In this document: positions 28,698-38,900 of the stretch, piece by piece
How the letters are laid out: each line of letters opens with the position of its first letter
Numbering within the stretch: the first letter of the stretch is position 1
Assembly: GCA_963780005.1 (NCBI GenBank)
Contig: CAWAAK010000028.1
Coordinates: 37,730-101,729, forward strand
DNA length: 64,000 nt
Origin: an uncultured Actinomycetota bacterium
Lineage (GTDB): Bacteria; Actinomycetota; Actinomycetes; Propionibacteriales; Propionibacteriaceae
Reading direction: 5' to 3'
Made by a program: the position numbers and the translations under genes
Notes under the pieces: model-generated
Database searches by the model: none
The model's input: only the letters and a program-made list of their open reading frames with translations
Told to the model about the DNA's origin: nothing

Positions 28698-29888
28698 TCA
28701 GGCGTAGACGACGACCCGGTCGCCGAGCCGGACCTCGTGCCAGAGCCACTTGATGCCGTCGAAGTTCCGTACGTTGACGCAGCCGTGCGAGGCCCCGTTG
28801 TAGCCCCGGGCGGCGAAGTCGGGTGAATAGTGCACGGCCTGGCCGCCGCTGAAGGTCATGGCCCAGGGCATCCGGGTCCGGTACAGCGTCGATACGCCGT
28901 TGACGGTCTTCCGGAACACCCGGAAGGAGCCGTTGCGGGTCGGCGTCTCGTCGGACCCGAAGCGGACATCCATCCGCAGCTTGGCCTTGCCGTCGACGAC
29001 CCAGGTCAGCGAGTCGCTCCGCTTGCTGATGCACATGACCCGCCCGGTCAGGCAACGCGAATCCAACCCGGCGGTCGTCGCGCCCGCAGACCTCTTCGGC
29101 GCCCGATTGTGCAACTCGTCGTCGGTCGGCTCGCGGGTCATCCCCGTCAGTCGACTCCAGGTGCGTTGGTCCACCTCACCGGTTTCCGGGATGGCCCGCT
29201 TGGCCTGGAAGTCCCGGACGCTCTTCGTGGTGGCGGTTCCGTAACGGCCGGTGACCTTTTGGTCGAACCAGCCGATCTGCTTCAGCCGGGCCTGCAGCTC
29301 GCGCACCCGGTCTCCATCGGCACCGTCCTCGAGAATGGCGGGCCCCGCCACCAGGCGGTTGAACAGTTCGTCGTTGGTGGGCTCCCGGGTCATCCCGGTC
29401 AGCCGCTTCCAGGTGCGTTTGTCCACATCGCCGGTCCGGGCGAGGTCGCGCTTCTCCTGAAAGCCCGTCACCCCCTCGGTGGTGGCCTTTCCGTAGCGGC
29501 CGGTGATCTGGCCGGCGAACCAGTCGAGTTGGCGAAGCCGGTGTTGCAGCTCGCGAACCTGTTCCCCGTTCGCCCCGGCCGCCATCACAGCCGTGGGCTT
29601 GGCCGGGGCCGACTTGGGCGCTACCGAGCGCGGGGTCGAGTCGGGGGTCGACTTCGGGGTCGCCTTCGGGGTCGATCGCGGGGCGGTCGAGCGGGGTGCG
29701 CCGGGGCCGGGGTCGGTCGAGGGCGCCGTACGGGTGGGCGTCGGAGCCGGCGCGGAGGTGGCCGGTGCTGTCGGGGCTGGGGCCGGGGCAGCCTGCCGCG
29801 CCTGCGGCGTGCCGCAGCCCGTCGCCGTCACCGCTGCGCCGAGCGCGAGCCCGAGCAAGGCGACCACCGGTCGTGATCGGAGTGCCAT
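28698..29888 (-). CDS. lipoprotein L,D-transpeptidase with two peptidoglycan-binding (PG_binding_1) repeats
   Basis: Lipobox MALRSRPVVALLGLALGAAVTATGCG, followed by an A/P/T-rich linker. Two ~75-aa repeats (GANGEQVRELQHRLRQLDWF... / GADGDRVRELQARLKQIGWF...). The YkuD domain ends in HYSPDF...SHGCVNV. Confidence 0.85.
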   Translation of the reverse strand: MALRSRPVVALLGLALGAAVTATGCGTPQARQAAPAPAPTAPATSAPAPTPTRTAPSTDPGPGAPRSTAPRSTPKATPKSTPDSTPRSVAPKSAPAKPTAVMAAGANGEQVRELQHRLRQLDWFAGQITGRYGKATTEGVTGFQEKRDLARTGDVDKRTWKRLTGMTREPTNDELFNRLVAGPAILEDGADGDRVRELQARLKQIGWFDQKVTGRYGTATTKSVRDFQAKRAIPETGEVDQRTWSRLTGMTREPTDDELHNRAPKRSAGATTAGLDSRCLTGRVMCISKRSDSLTWVVDGKAKLRMDVRFGSDETPTRNGSFRVFRKTVNGVSTLYRTRMPWAMTFSGGQAVHYSPDFAARGYNGASHGCVNVRNFDGIKWLWHEVRLGDRVVVYA

Positions 29889-30162
29889 CCGGCTCCTCTG
29901 CTCTGTTCGGCGACCCCGACTCGCCGTCACGTCGTTCTCAAGGGTTAGACGGTAGACGGCCGAAGACGGGAAGTCACGCCCGACGTGGGCCGACGGGCGA
30001 GTCTGTTATGGGCCCGGAACTAACGGTGCGAAGCGCGGTGACGACTTGGTAACAGACGACGCGACCCGTTCGGGGTTCGGATCTGGGCACCGCGGCCGGT
30101 GATCGATAGGGTCGGAGCGAATCGCCTGGCCGGTGGCGGTCGACGGGAGAGGACAGCACGGG

Positions 30163-30651
30163 ATGGCAACACTGACAGCGTGGGCGTTCGCCAGCGTGGA
30201 CGGCGCCGATCAGGCGGTCCAACGGCTGCAGGCCCTGCAGGCGCAGCAACTGATCAACATCCAAGATGCCGCGGTGGTGTCCTGGGAGGAGGGCAAAAAG
30301 AAACCGAAAACCCGCCAGCTGAACAATCTGGCCGGCGTCGGTGCCCTCGGCGGCGCCTTCTGGGGCATGCTCTTCGGACTCATCTTCTTCGTGCCCCTGC
30401 TCGGAGCGGCCGTCGGTGCCGCGGTCGGCGCGCTCAGCGGGTCGATGGCCGACGTCGGCATCGACGACTCGTTCATCGATGGCGTCAAGCAGAAAGTCAC
30501 GCCGGGCACGTCCGCGTTGTTTCTGCTGAGTTCCGACGCCGTGGTCGAGCGCGTCCGCGAAGCGTTCCAAGGCAGCCACGGGCATCTGATCGCCAGCAAC
30601 CTGTCCACCGAGCAGGAGGAGAAGTTGCGCGAGGTGTTCGCCGACGACTGA
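30163..30651 (+). CDS. DUF1269 membrane protein
   Basis: MATLTAWAFASVDGADQAV...AAVVSWEEGKKKPKTRQL; Gly-zipper TM segment GVGALGGAFWGMLFGLIFFVPLLGAAVGAAVGAL; ...TPGTSALFLL. Confidence 0.75.
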   Translation: MATLTAWAFASVDGADQAVQRLQALQAQQLINIQDAAVVSWEEGKKKPKTRQLNNLAGVGALGGAFWGMLFGLIFFVPLLGAAVGAAVGALSGSMADVGIDDSFIDGVKQKVTPGTSALFLLSSDAVVERVREAFQGSHGHLIASNLSTEQEEKLREVFADD

Positions 30652-30705
30652 TCCGCTCGGGGCATGCTGCCGGCCCGGCTGAGGTGCGGTCGGGCCGGCG
30701 AGAGA

Positions 30706-31266
30706 TCAGGTCGGCGCGTAGCGCTGGAAGGTGATCCCGCTGCGGAAGGCCTTGGATTCCAGCAGACGCAGGCGGGGCACCTCGTACCCGTCGGGGAACA
30801 ACCGCCGGCCGCGGCCCTGCACGGACGGATAGCCGAACAGCCGGTATTCGTCGACCAGTCCGGCCTCGATCATCGCGTGGGCCAGTGTGATGCTGCCGGT
30901 CAGCACGATGTCGAGGCCCTCCTGCTCCTTCAGCGCGCTGACCTGTTGGACCGGATCGCCCCGGAGTACGGTGGAGTTCCCCCACTCCGGGTCGTCAAGG
31001 GTGCCGGAGACCACATACTTCTGGACCCGGTTGAGGTAGTCGGTGACGCCGGTCCGGTCGTCGGTCTGCAGGGGCCAGTAGCCGCGGAAGTCGGTGAAGG
31101 TCTGCCGGCCCAGCAGCAGGGCGTCGGCAAGGCGGTCCTGCCGGTGGTTCTCCTCCATCAGATCCGCCATGTCGACCCCGGCCTGACCCTGCGGGTCGAA
31201 CCAGTCGCCGAGCATCTCGATGGAGCCGTCGAGGGTGATGTTCTCCGTGATCGCGAGCGTGCGCAT
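30706..31266 (-). CDS. dihydrofolate reductase-family protein (RibD C-terminal domain)
   Basis: MRTLAITENITLDGSIE...LLLGRQTFTDFRGYWP...KYVVSGTL...DIVLTGSITLAHAMIEAGLVDEYRLF. Confidence 0.75.
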   Translation of the reverse strand: MRTLAITENITLDGSIEMLGDWFDPQGQAGVDMADLMEENHRQDRLADALLLGRQTFTDFRGYWPLQTDDRTGVTDYLNRVQKYVVSGTLDDPEWGNSTVLRGDPVQQVSALKEQEGLDIVLTGSITLAHAMIEAGLVDEYRLFGYPSVQGRGRRLFPDGYEVPRLRLLESKAFRSGITFQRYAPT

Positions 31267-31343
31267 ATCGTCCTTTCCTGATGGTCGTGCCGTCATGGTT
31301 TGGACTCCGCAGGCCTCGAATGTTCATCGGGTTGAAGCGGCGC

Positions 31344-31358
31344 GGTCGTGGCACGACC
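31344..31358. promoter_or_regulatory. 15-bp palindrome GGTCGTG-G-CACGACC; candidate antitoxin operator
   Basis: It lies 17 nt upstream of the antitoxin ATG (31375). A further half-site GGTCGTGCC occurs at 31283-31291. Confidence 0.5.
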
Positions 31359-31374
31359 ATGCTACGTTTGTGGC

Positions 31375-31614
31375 ATGCCTCGTACGCGGATCAGTACGAC
31401 CGTCGATCCCGCACTGCTCGGCCGGGCCCGCGCACTGGATCCCTCCGGCACCGACGCCCGGATGATCGAACGTGCTCTCGAGGCCCTGTTGGCCTCTCAT
31501 CGTCGGGCCGAGATCGACGCGGCGTATGCCCGCGGGTACGCCGAGCATCCCCTCGAGGATGCGGACGAATGGGGTGATCTGGCCAGCTTCGCGACCGCTG
31601 TTCGCGCCCGATGA
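31375..31614 (+). CDS. type II antitoxin (ribbon-helix-helix-like)
   Basis: MPRTRISTTVDPALLGRARAL...IERALEALL. ATGA overlap with the downstream toxin gene. Confidence 0.65.
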   Translation: MPRTRISTTVDPALLGRARALDPSGTDARMIERALEALLASHRRAEIDAAYARGYAEHPLEDADEWGDLASFATAVRAR

Positions 31615-31931
31615 CCCAAGCCGCCCACGGTGAGGTCTGGTGGTGCGAGCATCGCGACATCGGCCGACGACCGGTGCTCGTGCTCTCCCGCGCCGCGGCG
31701 ATGCGCGGGCGCGGGCTGGCCATGGTTGCGCCGTGCACCACGACGGTACGAGGGCTGCCCAGCGAAGTCGCGCTCACTCCCGGTGAGGATCCGGTGCCCC
31801 GCGAGTGCGTCGTGAATCTGGACTCGATCGAGCAGGTCTCCGTCGCGCTGCTGGTGGATCGGCTCGGCCTCGTCTCCGACGAGCGCATGCGGGAGGTGTG
31901 TGCGGCCCTGGGCGTTGCCGTCGATTGTTAG
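31611..31931 (+). CDS. mazF: MazF/PemK-family type II toxin endoribonuclease
   Basis: GEVWWCEHRDIGRRPVLVLSRAAA...MVAPCTTTVRGLPSEVAL...CVVNLDSIEQVSVALL. Confidence 0.75.
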   Translation: MTQAAHGEVWWCEHRDIGRRPVLVLSRAAAMRGRGLAMVAPCTTTVRGLPSEVALTPGEDPVPRECVVNLDSIEQVSVALLVDRLGLVSDERMREVCAALGVAVDC

Positions 31932-31932
31932 C

Positions 31933-31946
31933 GGCCAGCGCTGGCC
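31933..31946. terminator. GC-rich 14-bp palindrome GGCCAGCGCTGGCC between convergent mazF and dnaB
   Basis: Read directly from the sequence. It is the only structure in the 32-nt gap between the two stops. Confidence 0.4.
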
Positions 31947-31963
31947 TACCGGCTGTCGAATGA

Positions 31964-33323
31964 TCAGCGCTGCATGTCGGTGAACCGGCTGTAGTGGCCC
32001 TGGAAGGCGACGGTGATGGTCTTGGTGGGGCCGTTGCGGTGCTTGGCGACGTCGAAGTCGGCCTCGCCGGCCCGCTCGGAGTCCCGGTCGTAGAGGTCGG
32101 GGCGGCTGAGCAGGATGACCATGTCGGCGTCCTGCTCCAGCGAGCCGGACTCGCGCAGGTCCGACAGCACCGGGCGCTTGTCGACCCGGGTCTCCGGTCC
32201 GCGGTTCAACTGGGACAGGGCGACGACCGGCAGGTCGAGTTCCTTGGCCAGCAGCTTGAGCTGGCGGGAGAACTCGCTGACCTCGAGCTGACGGGACTCG
32301 ACCTTCTTGCCGGAGGTCATCAGCTGGATGTAGTCGATGACCACCAGCTTGAGATCATGCCGCTGCTTCAGCCGGCGGGCCTTCGCCCGGATCTCCATCA
32401 TGGTCAGGTTGGGGGAGTCGTCGATGAACATCGGCGCCTCGGAGACCTGTCCCATCCTGGTCGACACCCGGGACCAGTCCTGCTCGCTCATCCGGCCGCC
32501 GCGAATGTGGGACAACGGAATCCCGGCCTCGGCCGACAGCAGCCGCATGGTGATCTCGATCTGGCGACATCTCCAGGGAGAAGATCGCCGAGGTCAGATC
32601 GTTCTTGATCGAGGCCGAGCGGGCCAGATCCAGGGCCAGCGTCGACTTTCCGGCCCCCGGCCGGGCCGCCACGATGATCATCTGGCCGGGATGCAGCCCG
32701 TTCGTCAGCTCGTCCAGATCGGCGAACCCGGTCGGCACCCCCGACAGGCCGGCGCCGCGCGACTCGATGGCCTCCATCTCGTCCAGGGTCGGCTGCATCA
32801 ACTCCGACAGCGACTTGTAGTCCTCGCTGGCTCGCCGATCGGTGACCGCGTACACCTCCGCCTGGGCCCGGTCGACCAGGTCGGCGACGTCCCCCTCGGC
32901 GGCGTAGGACATCTGGCCGATGCGGATCGAGGCGTCGACGAGGCGGCGCAGGATCGCCTTCTCGCGGACGATTTCGGCGTAGAAACCGGCGTTGGCCGCC
33001 ACCGGCACGCTCTGCAGCAGATCGTGCAGGTACGGGGCGCCGCCGACCCGCATCAGCTCGCCGCGCTTGCCCAACTCCGCCGACACGGTCACCGCGTCGG
33101 CCGGCTCGCCCCGGCCGTACAGATCGATGACGGCCGCGTAGATCTGCTCGTGGGCCGGCCGGTAGAAGTCTGGCCCGCGCAGCACCTCGACGACATCGGC
33201 GATGGCGTCCTTGGACATCATCATGGCGCCGATCACGCACTGCTCGGCCACCATGTCCTGCGGCGGCGTCCGATCGCTCGCCCGACCCATTCCTGAGGGT
33301 GCCTCGTCATGATAGGGAGGCAT
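31964..33323 (-). pseudogene. dnaB: replicative DNA helicase DnaB, single frameshift near 32560-32570 (most likely an assembly error)
   Basis: The N-terminal ORF has ...PPQDMVAEQCVIGAMMMSKDAI..., Walker A ARPGAGKSTLALD and ...AIFSLEMS. The frame then breaks. The C-terminal ORF resumes MRLLSAEAGIPLSHIRGGRMSEQDW...LVVIDYIQLM...VALSQLNR...SDLRESGSLEQDAD...KHRNGPT. The span is 1360 nt and no intein is present. Confidence 0.9.
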
Positions 33324-33501
33324 CACTTCAGTCAGCGTCACAGAGGCCTTTCTCACGATCCGCGGTCCACGCCGACGGCGGTCGTCGCTATCGAACACAT
33401 GTTCGTCACTGTTACGGGAGGGACTGACACTCTGGCGTCAAGCCCCGCAACTCGACGACTCCGGCTCACCGTACGCGGATCCGGCGGAGGGGGGAATCGC
33501 C

Positions 33502-33524
33502 TCATCCACAGCTGCTGTGGACAA
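33502..33524. promoter_or_regulatory. inverted pair of DnaA-box-like 9-mers (TCATCCACA / TGTGGACAA)
   Basis: On the minus strand, TTGTCCACA is a perfect match to the high-GC actinobacterial DnaA-box consensus. It faces a 7/9 box, together forming TCCACAGC-T-GCTGTGGA, about 180 nt upstream of the dnaB start. Confidence 0.35.
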
Positions 33525-33823
33525 CCGGCTCAGCACTGTGTGGGACACGCGTCGAGGTTGTGCACCGGCTGGGCACAAACCTGGGGACAGCGAGCAACGC
33601 GGACTGACACTATGCCTCTGACTAGGGTAAACACCGTCGGCACAGGTGGACGGAGAATCCTGAGAAAGAATTCTTGGTGTCTCAGAATTCACCGGTAGGG
33701 GGTTGACAAGCAGCGGTTTCGTCCCGAACCCAGCGACCTTCCTGGGGATAACGTCAGATCGACTTAGCGCTTGATCGCCGAGTTTCCTCCGGCTGGTCGA
33801 CGGGCGTGTCCCCGCCCCGCTTC

Positions 33824-35068
33824 CTACACGCCGCGCTCCGGGGACGCCGTCGCACCGGACGTCCGCCGCCGACGGATGCTCAACGAGATCACGGCCGCGA
33901 CGAGGCAGAGCCCCGCGCCGCCGAACCAGGCGAAGTCGTAGTGCCCGGTGGTGTCGCGCAGCAGGCCGGCGGCGGCCGAGGCGAGCGCGGCGCCCACCTG
34001 GTGAGAGGCGAACACCCAGCCGAAGACGATCGTCCCGGATGCGCCGAAAGCCTCCCGGCAGAGCGCCGCCGTCGGGGGCACCGTGGCCACCCAGTCCAGG
34101 CCGTAGACCACGATGAAGACGAGCATGCTGGGATGGACCTGATCGGACAGCAGCCAGGGCAGCAGCAGGAGCCCGACGCCGCGTAACGCGTAGTACCCGA
34201 CGAGGAGCAGCCGCGGGTCGATCCGGTCGGTCAACGCCCCGGACACGATGGTGCCCACGATGTCGAAGATCCCCACGACCGCGAGCAGGCCGGCGGCGGT
34301 CGTCTGGGCCATACCGTGGTCGTGCGCGGACGGGACGAAGTGGGTGCCGATCAGCCCGTTGGTGGTGGCGCCGCAGATGGCGAAGCCGCCGGCGAGGGCC
34401 CAGAAGGTCTTGGTGCGGGCGGCCTCCCGCAACGCCCGCAACGTCCTTCGCACGGCACCGGCCGGGTCCGGCCGGGCGGGTTCGGGATCGCCGGGCTGCC
34501 AGCCGTACGGGGCCACACCGCGGTCGGCCGGATAGTCCCGGAGCACGACGAGCACGAAGGGGACCACGGCCAGTGCCGCCACGGTGACCACAAGGGAGGC
34601 GGCCCGCCAGGACTGAGACTCGGTCAGCGCCGCCATCACCGGCAGGAAGATCAACTGGCCGGTCGCGGCGGCGGCGGTGAGGACACCCATCACCAGTCCC
34701 CGCCGGGCCACGAACCAGCGGTTGGCCACCGTGGCGGCGAACACCAGGGCCATCGATCCCGTGCCGAGCCCGATCAGCACGCCCCAGGTGAGCATCAGCT
34801 GCCACCCCTGCGAGACGAAGATGGTCAACCCGCTTCCGGCGGCCACGAAGACCAGGGCGGCGCTGGTGATGGTCCGGATGCCGAACCGGTCAATGAGCGC
34901 GGCGGCGAACGGGGCCATCACCCCGTACAAGATCAGGTTGAGACTGACGGCGCTGGACATCAGCGAGCGGGACCAGCCGAATTCGGCCTCCATCGGCACC
35001 ATCAACACGCCGGGGGCCGAGCGGAATCCGGCGGCGCCGAGCAGGGCGACGAACGCCACCGCGGCCAC
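33824..35068 (-). CDS. MFS transporter (OFA/YhjX-like)
   Basis: 414-aa TM-rich ORF. The N-terminus probably extends to the ATG at 35133: the frame holding ...RIHPAWWVAAVAFVALLG stays open upstream, and the ATG there (ATGGACC) is 1 nt out of frame. Confidence 0.75.
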   Translation of the reverse strand: MAAVAFVALLGAAGFRSAPGVLMVPMEAEFGWSRSLMSSAVSLNLILYGVMAPFAAALIDRFGIRTITSAALVFVAAGSGLTIFVSQGWQLMLTWGVLIGLGTGSMALVFAATVANRWFVARRGLVMGVLTAAAATGQLIFLPVMAALTESQSWRAASLVVTVAALAVVPFVLVVLRDYPADRGVAPYGWQPGDPEPARPDPAGAVRRTLRALREAARTKTFWALAGGFAICGATTNGLIGTHFVPSAHDHGMAQTTAAGLLAVVGIFDIVGTIVSGALTDRIDPRLLLVGYYALRGVGLLLLPWLLSDQVHPSMLVFIVVYGLDWVATVPPTAALCREAFGASGTIVFGWVFASHQVGAALASAAAGLLRDTTGHYDFAWFGGAGLCLVAAVISLSIRRRRTSGATASPERGV

Positions 35069-35238
35069 CCACCACGCGGGATGGATCCGGGTCCGCGGCG
35101 GCGCGGGGATCCTCTGCTGGCTTGAGGTCCATGGTCGGCGGGCGCGCCTCTCCGGTCAGGATGCCCGCCGGAGGATCGCGACGGGCGTGGCTACGGTGGG
35201 CCGGATCACCGGCTCGAACCAAGCAGCTTCTCTGCACA

Positions 35239-35274
35239 CTGCTCGCCGCAGGGGCCTGAGCTCGCTGCGCTCGC
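35239..35274. repeat. solitary copy of a 36-bp intergenic repeat core (CTGCTCGCCGCAGGGGCCTGAGCTCGCTGCGCTCGC)
   Basis: Identical to the core of the 3 x 48-bp array at 43286-43429, in the same orientation. It lies between two minus-strand genes. Confidence 0.8.
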
Positions 35275-35338
35275 GCGACCTTCGCCGACGCGATGGCGCC
35301 AGCTCCGGTCCTGGCCCGAGCAGACGGAACAAGACGGA

Positions 35339-35923
35339 TCAGTGCGGAACCGCGTACGTCGAGGTGACGTAGACGTTCCCGCCCCGGCTGGTGTCGATCA
35401 ACGTGAGCGGCGGAGTGGCGATGTGCCGGGGGAGCAGCGGAGCCCCAGAGCCGAGGAACACCGGCATCACGGTCACGATCACTTCGTCCAGCAGTCCTTG
35501 ATCATGGAACTGGCCGACCAGTTCCCCACCGCCGACGAGCCAGACGTTCTTGCCGGCCGCGGCCGCCAGCATCTCGGCGTGCACCGGGGCCACGTCACCG
35601 GAGACGAACCGGACATCGGCGCCCTCGACCGGCGGCAATTCCCGACTGCTGAACACCCAAGCCGGCTGGGTGTAGACCCAACTCTCGGGATGGTTCCCCA
35701 TGTCCTCGTGGTCGAAGATCCACTCGTACGTAGAGGAACCCATCGCCAGTGCACCCACTTCGGCGATGAACGCCGGATAGGTCGGACCCTCCTCCTCGGA
35801 ACCCTCGACCGATTCGGCGGTGTCGCCGAACTGCATCAGCCAGTCCAACGAGTTGTTCGCGTCGGCGATGAAGCCGTCGATGCTGGTCGCGGTGTAGTAC
35901 TGGGTTTTCGCTGCTGCGCTCAT
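35339..35923 (-). CDS. dihydrofolate reductase-family protein (RibD C-terminal domain), second copy
   Basis: MSAAAKTQYYTATSIDGFIAD...LAMGSSTYEWI...VWLVGGGELVGQFHDQGLLDEVIVTVMPVFLG. Confidence 0.75.
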   Translation of the reverse strand: MSAAAKTQYYTATSIDGFIADANNSLDWLMQFGDTAESVEGSEEEGPTYPAFIAEVGALAMGSSTYEWIFDHEDMGNHPESWVYTQPAWVFSSRELPPVEGADVRFVSGDVAPVHAEMLAAAAGKNVWLVGGGELVGQFHDQGLLDEVIVTVMPVFLGSGAPLLPRHIATPPLTLIDTSRGGNVYVTSTYAVPH

Positions 35924-35954
35924 TTCTGCACCATCCCACGCACCGCCGACAGGC

Positions 35955-38900
35955 TCAGGCCAGCCGAGCCCGGACCCGGCCCTCCATGGCTTCCTGCAGC
36001 ACCGTGACCGTCTCCGGCGCCAGGTCCACCCCGAGTTGCCGCGCCTGCGCCGCGAGCTGGAGGGTGAGGCGCTCGACCTCGGCGCGGTTGCCGGCCTGGT
36101 CTTCGGTGCGGATCCGGGCGACCAGCAGCAGCTCGTCACCGGGGGCGGCGGCCAGGGCTCGGGCGGCGGCCCACCGGGCCAGGTCGATGTCGTCCTCCTC
36201 GAGGGCCCGCCGGGCCAACTCGGCACCGATGTCGCGGACGGCGGAGATCATGTCGGTGCGCAACTCTTCGGCCCAGTGCCACTGTCCTGGAGCGGCGTCG
36301 GCCAGCGGTGCGCCGCGAACCAGCTCCAGCGCGGACCGCAACGCGGTGGTGCCGGCCTGGTTGACGCCGTGGGCGGTGAAGATCTGCAAGCGCTGCCAAT
36401 CCGAACTGACCGCGTTGTGCAGCTGGATCCGCCCGGAGTAGGCGTCCGGCAGGAAGGCGGAGCCGTCGTCGGCGGTGCCGAGCCACGTGCGGAGCCGGCT
36501 CATATTGGAGCGACGAGTGCCTTCGGCGACGACGAGGGACACCGCCATCCGGTGCGCCGTCGCGCCAGGGTTCTCCAGCAGCCAGCCGCAGTACTCCAGG
36601 CACTGCCGGGTGGCCCGGCTGGGCGCCGGGCCGGCCGCGCCGATGAGATCGATCGGGCCGAGCAGCCGCAGGGTGGGGTGCAGGGCGATCCTGTCGTCCC
36701 CGGCCCCGAAGTCCATTTCGCCTGTTTCCCCTTCCGTCCGTGTGGCCCAACCGCCGAGTCGATGAAGTTTTGTTGACGGCCCGAGATAGGTCACGTTGTC
36801 CGGCGGTGGAGCCGGATCCGGTGCGGGCCACCACGGCGCCGGGGTGGTCTGCTCGCTGCCGGTCGCGGCCACGAGTTCCACGAGGGCGGCGGCGGCCGGG
36901 GCCTCGATCAGCTGTGGCTTCAAGATCACCCCGGCCGGTTCGAGCGCGGCGCTCGGCTGCGCAAGCTCGGGTCCGGGCGGTTCGAGGATCAAGCTCCACT
37001 CGTGCTCCGCGGCCCGGGCGCCCGGCAGCACGGCCGCCATGGTCACCCGGGGCCGGCGGCTGAGCAGGTCCCGCAGTCGTTCGTCCTGGGCGGCGGCCAA
37101 GGGCTTGTTGATCAAAACGATCTCGGGCGCCCACGGGTCGGCCAGGTCGGGATCGACTCGGTGCTGCCCGGGAATCTCGTACGACTGCTGCTCCCGCTGC
37201 ACGGCGGCCCGAGCCTCGAGCCGGTCCAGCAGCGCGTCGACGTCGTCGGTGCTGGTCACGTTGTGCCGGCCGAGCGCCGCCGGCAGCTGCGGGAGCGTCC
37301 CCACCAACGTCAAGATCATTTCCTCGGCCCACGGGGAGAAGGACAGTTCGAGCGCCATGGCCGTGAGCGCGGCCTCGACCAGGGCCGGGTCCTCAGCGTG
37401 CAGCCGCAGCAGACCCAGCGTTTCCAAGTCACCGACGACTGGTCGGCCCGCCTCGTCCTGGCCCAGGGTCACCAGCGCCGGAAAGGGACGGGCGGCTTCG
37501 CCGAGACCGGGCACCGTCTTGAGGTAGCCGACATCGGCGGCGTCGAGCAGCCAGCGCGATCCGTCGGCCCGGAAACCCGGAGGTGCCTGAGGGGCCGGTT
37601 CGGTCCAGTGCAGCTCGAGGTGGTCATCGGACACGGTGGCGATGGTCAGGCAGGGCAGCGGACTGCGACCGTGGTGGCAGTGTGCGCCGATCGCCCGGGT
37701 GGCCAGATCCAGCGTGCGCAGCCCGAGCGGCCGGGCCCGGTGGCCCAGCACCACCTCGGCGGTGCGACCGGCCACGGGAGGGTGCAGGATCCGGCGACCC
37801 AGCGGCCGAGCCTGCAACTGCAGCCGGCGCCGCGCCGCCAGACCGGCGATCAACGAGGCAGAGAGCAGCGCGCCGGCCGCGGCCAAACCGGCCACGACCA
37901 GCTGAGTGTGGTCGCCGCTCGAGGTGCTCGAATCGGCACCATCGCGTGCCTTCGAGGTCTGGTCCGGCACCTGGGTCGGCGACGGCTCGGGCCCTGCTGG
38001 CGGCGATTCGGCCGGGGCGTTCTGGGGCGCCGAGGCAGGAGTCGTCGACTTGACCTTCGGCACGCCGGCCGTGCTGGTCCCGTCGCCGTTCTTCACGGGT
38101 TGGTCCTCTGGCTCGGTCTTGGCCCGGTCCTTCGACACGGCTTTCGTAGCGCGTGTCCGCGCTCCTGGGACGACGAGGCGCATGCCGATCAGCAGTTCGT
38201 CGGGATCGTCCAGTTGGAAGCGGTTGGCCCGCCACAACACCGGCCAGCGTCGTTCCGCGCCGTAGGCGCGCTGGGCAATGGCCGACAGGGTGTCGCCAGG
38301 CTGCACGACCACCGTTCGTTCGCCTTCGTCGCTGTCTGGCGCGGTTGCTGGTCCGGCCGCGCTTCCTCTCCCGATCGGAGTCGGGTTCCACGCCGGGGAT
38401 GCGCAGCTTCCAGCCCACGTCAAGCCGATCGGGCCCGCCACTGAGGCGGGACGGGTTGGCGGCGGCGATGCGGCGCCAGTCCGTACCCCGCCCGTAGTAA
38501 CGCTGAGCCAAGGACCACAGGTCATCACCGAGCTCGACAACATGCACGTGAACGTCGTCCCCCTTCGTTGTCCCGGGAGTGGCCGGCGTGGATGTCGCGG
38601 GGGGTTCCACCGCCCGTCGGGGGGGCTGAGCGGCAGCGGATGCAGGATCGTCGTCGAGGCGGGCCTCCGACGAGTGCGGGCTGATCGGCTCCGGCCGAGG
38701 CTCCCTCGGCGGTAGCTCCGCCGAGCTCAGTTGTGCCGTGCTCACCATGGCGATCACCGACACGAACAGGCCCGCCGCCAACCGCTGCGTCGCCGCCAAC
38801 CCCGGGACACCGGGCAGCCGAAGGCGTATTTGGCGGCCGGACACGAGTCCGACCAGTTCGCTGAGCGCGCCGAGCGTGAAGATCAACCAGGCCACCCACG

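Noticed and set aside
30001-30057. An inverted repeat GTCTGTTA...TAACAGAC whose arm (TTGGTAACAGACGAC) resembles the arm of the 19479 hairpin (CTGGTCACAGACGAC), suggesting a shared element family.
   Set aside because: Only about 13 of 15 nt are shared, the loops differ in length and sequence, and two copies are too few to separate from chance without a genome-wide search.
33491-33500. A C-rich hairpin loop on the minus strand (GGCG-ATTCCCCCCTC-CGCC) reminiscent of a 6C-type actinobacterial sRNA.
   Set aside because: The stem is only 4 bp, there is only one such loop, and I cannot recall the covariance model well enough to support the call.
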